Source: Minisyncoccia bacterium (lineage in GTDB: Bacteria > Patescibacteriota > Minisyncoccia > Phycocordibacterales > CAJBRS01). From it: a stretch of DNA of 64,000 nucleotides. Of the stretch, positions 58,559 to 64,000 are shown piece after piece. Location of the stretch: positions 65,904-129,903 of the forward strand of contig JBBQRF010000003.1 in NCBI GenBank assembly GCA_038215155.1. The letters are read 5' to 3'. Below the pieces are notes generated by a model, which did not search any database, was not told the origin of the DNA, and saw only the letters and a list, made by a program, of their open reading frames with translations. Both the position numbers and the translations under genes were made by a program. Positions within the stretch are counted from its first letter, which is position 1. Each line of letters starts with the position of its first letter.

Positions 58559-59602
58559 ATGTCCGAGACCGTACTCTATCGAAAATATCGACCTAAAAGC
58601 TTCAAAGAAGTCATTGGCCAGAGCGAAGTAGTAGAAGTGCTAGAAGGTTCCATTAAGCAAGGCAACCTCGCTCACGCTTATTTATTTAGCGGTTCGCGCG
58701 GAACAGGCAAAACTAGTGTCGCTCGTATTTTTGCCGCTGCCATAGGTACTAGCGGCAACGATCTATATGAAATAGATGCTGCTTCTCGAAATAGTGTAGA
58801 AGAAATTCGGGCACTCAATGAATCGGTAAATACTTTGCCATATGAATCTAAATATAAGGTCTATATTCTGGACGAAGTCCACATGCTTTCAAAAGCCGCC
58901 TTTAACGCTTTTTTAAAAACCCTAGAAGAACCACCTGCTCATGTAATTTTTATATTAGCTACGACGGAAGCAGAGAAGCTCCCCGAGACAGTAGTCTCTA
59001 GAACTCAGCAATTCACTTTTAGAAAACCGTCCCAGCAGATTTTGAAAGAGGTAATAGAGAAGACCGCAAAAAGTGAAGGATACAAAATTGAGACTGGTGG
59101 CTCAGATCTCATCGCTATCCTAGGTGACGGTTCTTTTCGTGATTCTCTAGGCATTTTGCAAAAAATTATCGGCTCAACAGACAATAAAGAAATTACCTTA
59201 GCAGAAATTGAAAAAGCTACTGGTGCTCCGCGAGCGGAAATAGTCAATAGTTTCGTCAAGGCCATTGCTGAAAAAAAATTAGAGGATGGCTTGGCCGCCG
59301 TTAAAAAGGCGGCCAAGCAAAACATTGATATGAAGCTCTTCATGAAGCTAATCCTCGAAAGAATGCGCCAGATTCTCCTCTTGCGTTATCAAAAAGATTT
59401 GCGCGGAGAGCTCGCCAATGAGCTCTCCGCGCCCGATCTCGCCTTCGTAGAAAAATTATCCGCAGACCCAGCCCACACCATCTCTTCCGCCACTCTTTCC
59501 GAAATGCTCGGTATCTACGACCAAATCGGCCGTTCCTACATTCCCGAGCTTCCCCTCGAACTTGCCTTAATTAAAATTTTAGGACAAGATAAAGTCAATT
59601 AA
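58559..59602 (+). CDS. dnaX: DNA polymerase III gamma/tau (short, no zinc module)
   Basis: LYRKYRP, GSRGTGKT, EIDAAS, ILDEVHML, LKTLEEPP. Confidence 0.95.
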   Translation: MSETVLYRKYRPKSFKEVIGQSEVVEVLEGSIKQGNLAHAYLFSGSRGTGKTSVARIFAAAIGTSGNDLYEIDAASRNSVEEIRALNESVNTLPYESKYKVYILDEVHMLSKAAFNAFLKTLEEPPAHVIFILATTEAEKLPETVVSRTQQFTFRKPSQQILKEVIEKTAKSEGYKIETGGSDLIAILGDGSFRDSLGILQKIIGSTDNKEITLAEIEKATGAPRAEIVNSFVKAIAEKKLEDGLAAVKKAAKQNIDMKLFMKLILERMRQILLLRYQKDLRGELANELSAPDLAFVEKLSADPAHTISSATLSEMLGIYDQIGRSYIPELPLELALIKILGQDKVN

Positions 59603-59619
59603 TCAATTAATTCAAAACT

Positions 59620-60063
59620 ATGTCACATACACCAGAAAGAGACGAAACTTTTAATAATCTAGGCCAAAATAGTGACCGAGATCCCTTATTCAAGGAAAGG
59701 CACGATCTTATTTCAGACAAAGACGGTTTTCAATCTAACTTAACCCCAGACGAAGGAATGATGGCTAAGGAGGATGCCGAATTAAGGGCTAAGATTCTTA
59801 AACTACAGCAGGAAATCGGCGCTTTAGGGGCAGATGATTTAATGCGCCAAATGAAAGAAGGGAAAATTCAACAAATGTTTGAAGAGATGGGTGTTAATGA
59901 ATCAACTTTTCTATTAGAGGAGATCAACCGCCTTCAGGCAGAAATTTATCCTCTAGATTTAAAAGATGAGATGAGAAAGATGAAAGAGCAAAAAATTTCC
60001 GCCTTTAAAGACCGGCTAGAGGAAATAAATAAAAATTCTGACCAAGAAAAATTAGCAGCATAA
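59620..60063 (+). CDS. Hypothetical acidic helical protein with internal duplication
   Basis: LQQEI..L..DDLMRQMKEGKI and LQAEI..L..KDEMRKMKEQKI. Confidence 0.7.
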   Translation: MSHTPERDETFNNLGQNSDRDPLFKERHDLISDKDGFQSNLTPDEGMMAKEDAELRAKILKLQQEIGALGADDLMRQMKEGKIQQMFEEMGVNESTFLLEEINRLQAEIYPLDLKDEMRKMKEQKISAFKDRLEEINKNSDQEKLAA

Positions 60064-60080
60064 ATTTGCAGCGTAATATT

Positions 60081-60180
60081 TGCGGGATCGTCTAATGGTA
60101 GGCTCCCTGTTTACACACGACGCATTGCGAGTGTTCCAGTAAACAGCAGTGCCGATGACTCATTCATCGGCAGTCCGCAA
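60081..60180 (+). ncRNA. tRNA-Gln-like RNA or pseudo-tRNA with replaced anticodon and T arms
   Basis: First 22 nt identical to tRNA-Gln; TGCGGG pairs with TCCGCA; two long internal hairpins. Confidence 0.6.
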
Positions 60181-60231
60181 CAGGGTCGGTATAATGTTAA
60201 TGGGTTAAGAGAATGTAATAATTTAATATAT

Positions 60232-60302
60232 TGCGGGATCGTCTAATGGTAGGACAACGGATTTTGGATCCGTTTATCTAGGTTCGAATCCTAGTCCCGC
60301 AG
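60232..60302 (+). tRNA. tRNA-Gln(TTG)
   Basis: TGCGGGA/TCCCGCA-G (U1-A72), ACGGA-TTTTGGA-TCCGT, GGTTCGAATCC. Confidence 0.95.
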
Positions 60303-60453
60303 CCGCCAATTTTTAAGAAGAGAATCGACTATAAAAATTGAGCGCGTCGCCGCTCCTCATGAGGCGACGTAGACTATTTTTTAACGAAGGAGGAAACGAC
60401 TGAATATAAAATTTCAGCGCGCCGACGAATCTTTGAGTTGGCATAATCAAACT

Positions 60454-61185
60454 CTACAGCCCTAAATCTCCTAAAAAATCCTCCAGCTCCTTTCCTTCAA
60501 TAGCTCGATATGAGCCGACAGGCAATTTCCCAAGATCAATATTCATTATTTTGACCCGTTGCAGATCAACCACTTCGTTATGAAAGGTGCTGACCATTCT
60601 GCGTATCTGGCGATTCTTGCCTTCAGAAAGAATAATGGAAAAAAAATGGTCATTAAGAATTTTCACCTGGCATGGTTTAGTGAGATAGCTGTCTATATTC
60701 ACACCCTTTTCCATGTTTTCTTTAAAGCTCGGGTGTAATTTGCTAACAGTCCGGACTAAGTATTCTTTTTCATGCTGGCGATCTGGATTAAGCAGTCTGT
60801 CCGTGATACGGCCGTCGTTGCTGAGAATAATCAGGCCGTGAGAATCTTTATCCAGACGGCCGATAGGAAAAACTCCCTTTATAGAAATGGAATGCTTAAT
60901 ATCTTTTTCACCCCGGCCGGGCGAATGAGTGATAATGCCTTTTGGTTTATTGTAAGCAAAGTAGAGAAGTTTCTTGATCCTTCCTCTAGTTTGGACGGTG
61001 ACCTCGTCTGTTTCATTAACTTTATCTCCCAATACGGCAAATCTACCATTAATAAATACTTTCTTTTTAATGATTAGCTCGTCTGCTCCGCGGCGGGTCG
61101 AATGGCCATTTAGAGCTAAAAACTTATTTATCCGCATCGGGAATATAGGCTTTTCCATCTTTTCCATAGAAATAAATCTTGGCAT
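60454..61185 (-). CDS. rRNA pseudouridine synthase (RsuA/RluB/RluF family)
   Basis: S4 domain MRINKFLA, YNKPKG, GRLDKDSHGL, EGKNRQIRRM; start may be a downstream Met. Confidence 0.92.
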   Translation of the reverse strand: MPRFISMEKMEKPIFPMRINKFLALNGHSTRRGADELIIKKKVFINGRFAVLGDKVNETDEVTVQTRGRIKKLLYFAYNKPKGIITHSPGRGEKDIKHSISIKGVFPIGRLDKDSHGLIILSNDGRITDRLLNPDRQHEKEYLVRTVSKLHPSFKENMEKGVNIDSYLTKPCQVKILNDHFFSIILSEGKNRQIRRMVSTFHNEVVDLQRVKIMNIDLGKLPVGSYRAIEGKELEDFLGDLGL

Positions 61186-61493
61186 GAAAATGAGGATATG
61201 CCTAGCTGGTCTAACAAAAGCTAGGTTATTTTAATATTGGCTTTGTTAAAAAATTTAAGGTAATACTGCCACTCGAATCATTGAAAAGAGAACGAGCACT
61301 CTCGGGTATTCTGCTCGCGAGAAAAGGTTATCGTTTGTCGGTCCAACCGGTCTCGGAAGCCCATTTTAATTACATTGTTAATGATCTCGCCTCTTAATTT
61401 ATTGCCTCTGGCCGTCAATTTCTGGCGACGAATGATTAGATATATTGTTTACTTAACTTTACTATTGAATACCAGGGTGCTATATTCCTTGAT

Positions 61494-62612
61494 ATGAAAA
61501 AATATCAAAAAGGCTTCATTGTTCCATTATTATTAGTAATTATTGCTCTTTTAGTTGTCGGTGGAGGCACTTATGTATATCTCAATAATTACCATAAAAA
61601 AGCTCCTGTTATTTCGGACAATGGCATTAACGAGCCCGTTCCCGCTCTTAATAATTATAATGTTTCTTCTACTAGCAGTTCTTCCAATAATACTACTACT
61701 ACTAATTCCACTGACTCTTGGAGCAAAATTCTTAGTAATCTCTCCTACGGTTTCCCAAATCAACCTCTAATCCAATTAATAAACGGCTCGTATTCCAAAA
61801 GAGTGGAAGACTGTGGGACACAAAGCTGTAACGGTGTCTATTCATATTTTCATACTAGACTAGACACAAACAGTATAGAAACTGGAGACTTGAATGGAGA
61901 TGGGGTAACTGATGCAGCGGCAATTATAGAGACTGGAAGTACTCCAAGCTCAAGGGATAAAAATCTTAAAGACGAAAATGTCCAATATAATTCTCAAGGA
62001 GTTGTGGCTGTAATAAATCAGAACGGTAACTATAAAAATGTTGCAGATATAGGGCTCAGCTATGACCTAAATGCAATGAACGTAAGAATAACAAAATTAG
62101 AAATAAAAAACGGTTTAATATATGTCGGTGTTATTAAGAATGAAGGTTCTAAGAGACTAATTCAGCCTGAAACAACAGAAACAATAGCCCTTAAACTAGA
62201 CTCGACAACAACTAATGGCTTTAGAATACTAAAAGATGGAGTTCCTGATGCAAATACTTATACTCCGTCACAAATTACTAGCGTCCAAATATCTAATGAC
62301 AATAACAAAAAAATAACTATAGTGGGAAACGACTTTTCCTTATTTAAGAATTACATCATCCTAACTTCTCAAAATGGAAATCAAGAATATAAGTCAGCTG
62401 CCGTAGAGACTAGTCGAGGTAATACTCGAATTAATATCGATCTTTCCTCAGCTAATTTTTATAGCCTAGGGGGGAATACCGACGTCCCTCCTTATGACAT
62501 TCGGTATATTCCTTCTGGAAAATATAGTTTAGTTGTTGATACTTATCTATGTCCAGCAAGACAATCTTGTCGGGATGTTAAAAGCAATTCTTATTCTGTT
62601 GATATTCCATAA
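61494..62612 (+). CDS. Pilin-like surface protein with class III-like signal and large extracellular domain
   Basis: QKG|FIVPLLLVIIALLVVGGG, Ser/Thr/Asn linker, GDLNGDGVTD motif, two Cys pairs. Confidence 0.7.
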   Translation: MKKYQKGFIVPLLLVIIALLVVGGGTYVYLNNYHKKAPVISDNGINEPVPALNNYNVSSTSSSSNNTTTTNSTDSWSKILSNLSYGFPNQPLIQLINGSYSKRVEDCGTQSCNGVYSYFHTRLDTNSIETGDLNGDGVTDAAAIIETGSTPSSRDKNLKDENVQYNSQGVVAVINQNGNYKNVADIGLSYDLNAMNVRITKLEIKNGLIYVGVIKNEGSKRLIQPETTETIALKLDSTTTNGFRILKDGVPDANTYTPSQITSVQISNDNNKKITIVGNDFSLFKNYIILTSQNGNQEYKSAAVETSRGNTRINIDLSSANFYSLGGNTDVPPYDIRYIPSGKYSLVVDTYLCPARQSCRDVKSNSYSVDIP

Positions 62613-62658
62613 AGATTAAAGGTGTCAGGAACTTTTAATTAACACATATATACAAAAC

Positions 62659-63153
62659 ATGACTACTAAAAAAATCGTGCTAGCAGGAGGATGCTTTTGG
62701 GGACTGGAGGATTTGATTCGAACCCAGATTGGAGTAATCAATACGGAGGTCGGATACACCGGCGGAAGTGTTGATAATCCGACCTATGAAAATCATACTG
62801 ATCATGCAGAAGCGGTGGAGATTGAATACGACCCGGAGCAAACTTCATATAAAAAACTTTTAGATTTCTTTTTTCAAATTCATAATCCAACCACACTAAA
62901 CCAGCAGGGAAATGATCGCGGCACTTCGTACCGCTCTGCTATTTTCTATGGGAATGAGGAGGAGAAAAAAGAAGGTGAAGATTTTATCAAGATCGTCAAT
63001 GATTCAAAACGATGGAAGAATACTGTTGTAACCACACAAGAGCCGTTGACTAAATTTTACGTCGCCGAAGATTATCATCAGGACTATCTCAAAAAGCATC
63101 CCGGCGGTTACACTTGCCACGCAATATATTTCGATAGTTATCTGAAGAATTAA
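62659..63153 (+). CDS. msrA: Peptide methionine sulfoxide reductase A
   Basis: [38 protein letters not shown]. Confidence 0.96.
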   Translation: MTTKKIVLAGGCFWGLEDLIRTQIGVINTEVGYTGGSVDNPTYENHTDHAEAVEIEYDPEQTSYKKLLDFFFQIHNPTTLNQQGNDRGTSYRSAIFYGNEEEKKEGEDFIKIVNDSKRWKNTVVTTQEPLTKFYVAEDYHQDYLKKHPGGYTCHAIYFDSYLKN

Positions 63154-64000
63154 TTTTCTGGTAAAGAAGCTGCGGACGTACCGGCTACGAATCCTGTAGT
63201 CCAACAAAGTTGGAGACTGTAGCCGCCCGAAGGGCGGTCGATATTTAGCATGTCGCCGACAATGTAAAGATTGGGAAAGAGGCGGGAACGCATGGTCTTA
63301 AAGTCTATTTCTTGAAGGGAAACTCCGCCCGAAGTAACAATGGCTTTCTCTAATCCTAATAATCCTTTTACCTTCATTGGTAGATGTTTGACCAATTTTA
63401 CTAAGGCCAGTCGTTCTTCTCGGGTAATGCTATTGCATGCTGTTTCTCTGTTTATTCCGGATAATTCTAAGATGGCGGTTCCTAGAGCCGAACCGCCGGT
63501 GACTCCTTTGAAAAGCTCTCCAACGACATTCTTAATTTTTTTATTGCTATGTTCTTTGAATATTTCTTGAAGCCTGGTGTTAAGCTGGCCGTAATCAAGC
63601 GTGGGGATAGTGTCGAGCTCGATCATCACTTCTCCATATTTTAAAAGCTCCCCGATGTCGCGGCTCATATTTAGGATGGTTGGGCCGCTTACACCGACAT
63701 GAGTAAATAATATTTTACCTTTCTTTGAGTCCTGCTTCACCTCGTTTTGCAAAATGCTTATTTTAATGTTTTGTAAACTTACACCGGCAAGCTTATGTAC
63801 CCACGCATCTCGAATGGCAAGCGGCACAAGAGCAGAATGAGAGTCGATGACGGTGTGACCGATTTCCTTCAACCATTTGAAGCCGTCGCCAGTAGAGCCA
63901 GTCTCGGGTCTGGATTTTCCACCGGTAGCTAGAATGAATGACTTAGCACGAATCTCTTTTTTATTTTTCAGTTTAATTGCCATTATCTTATCTTTATCGG
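63150..64000 (-). CDS. HI0933/BaiN-family flavoprotein, 5' end outside window
   Basis: [43 protein letters not shown]; frame open to the edge. Confidence 0.9.
   Translation of the reverse strand, partial: DKDKIMAIKLKNKKEIRAKSFILATGGKSRPETGSTGDGFKWLKEIGHTVIDSHSALVPLAIRDAWVHKLAGVSLQNIKISILQNEVKQDSKKGKILFTHVGVSGPTILNMSRDIGELLKYGEVMIELDTIPTLDYGQLNTRLQEIFKEHSNKKIKNVVGELFKGVTGGSALGTAILELSGINRETACNSITREERLALVKLVKHLPMKVKGLLGLEKAIVTSGGVSLQEIDFKTMRSRLFPNLYIVGDMLNIDRPSGGYSLQLCWTTGFVAGTSAASLPEN

Noticed and set aside
2947-63570. Numerous 60-170 aa ORFs nested in or antisense to core genes
   Set aside because: Shadow frames of well-supported genes with no recognisable motifs.
1-64000. Alternative genetic code (UGA recoding as in Gracilibacteria/Absconditabacteria)
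   Set aside because: Long genes are intact under code 11 and TGA ends several of them (clpB, parB, dus).

Overview
Core-genome segment of a reduced, moderately AT-rich bacterium. The gene set is typical of Patescibacteria/CPR, probably Parcubacteria (short ValS, IF2 and DnaX, few Shine-Dalgarno sites, many small pilin-like genes). It holds about 65 protein genes for replication, translation, division and envelope (nrdA/nrdB, murJ, lepA, valS, tsaD, trxB, ftsZ/ftsA, rpsA, gyrA, infB, clpB, miaA, parB, topA, dprA, serS, dnaX), RNase P RNA and 14 tRNAs. No rRNA, CRISPR array, transposase or integrase was seen. The most unusual content is non-coding: (i) two tRNA-like RNAs upstream of tRNA-Val and tRNA-Gln that keep the acceptor stem and D-arm but have other arms replaced by long hairpins; (ii) several families of modular palindromic repeats, many at tRNA 3' ends, one next to a displaced, synonymously diverged second topA 3' end; (iii) two or three promoter-to-terminator structured transcripts with no recognisable family. 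Notable protein features are a class Ic-type RNR split by a stand-alone alpha-CTD-like gene, a six-gene VirB2/TrbC-like pilin array, a degenerate HisRS, a free-standing LAGLIDADG gene and an SPFH cassette. All calls come from reading motifs by eye; no searches were run.
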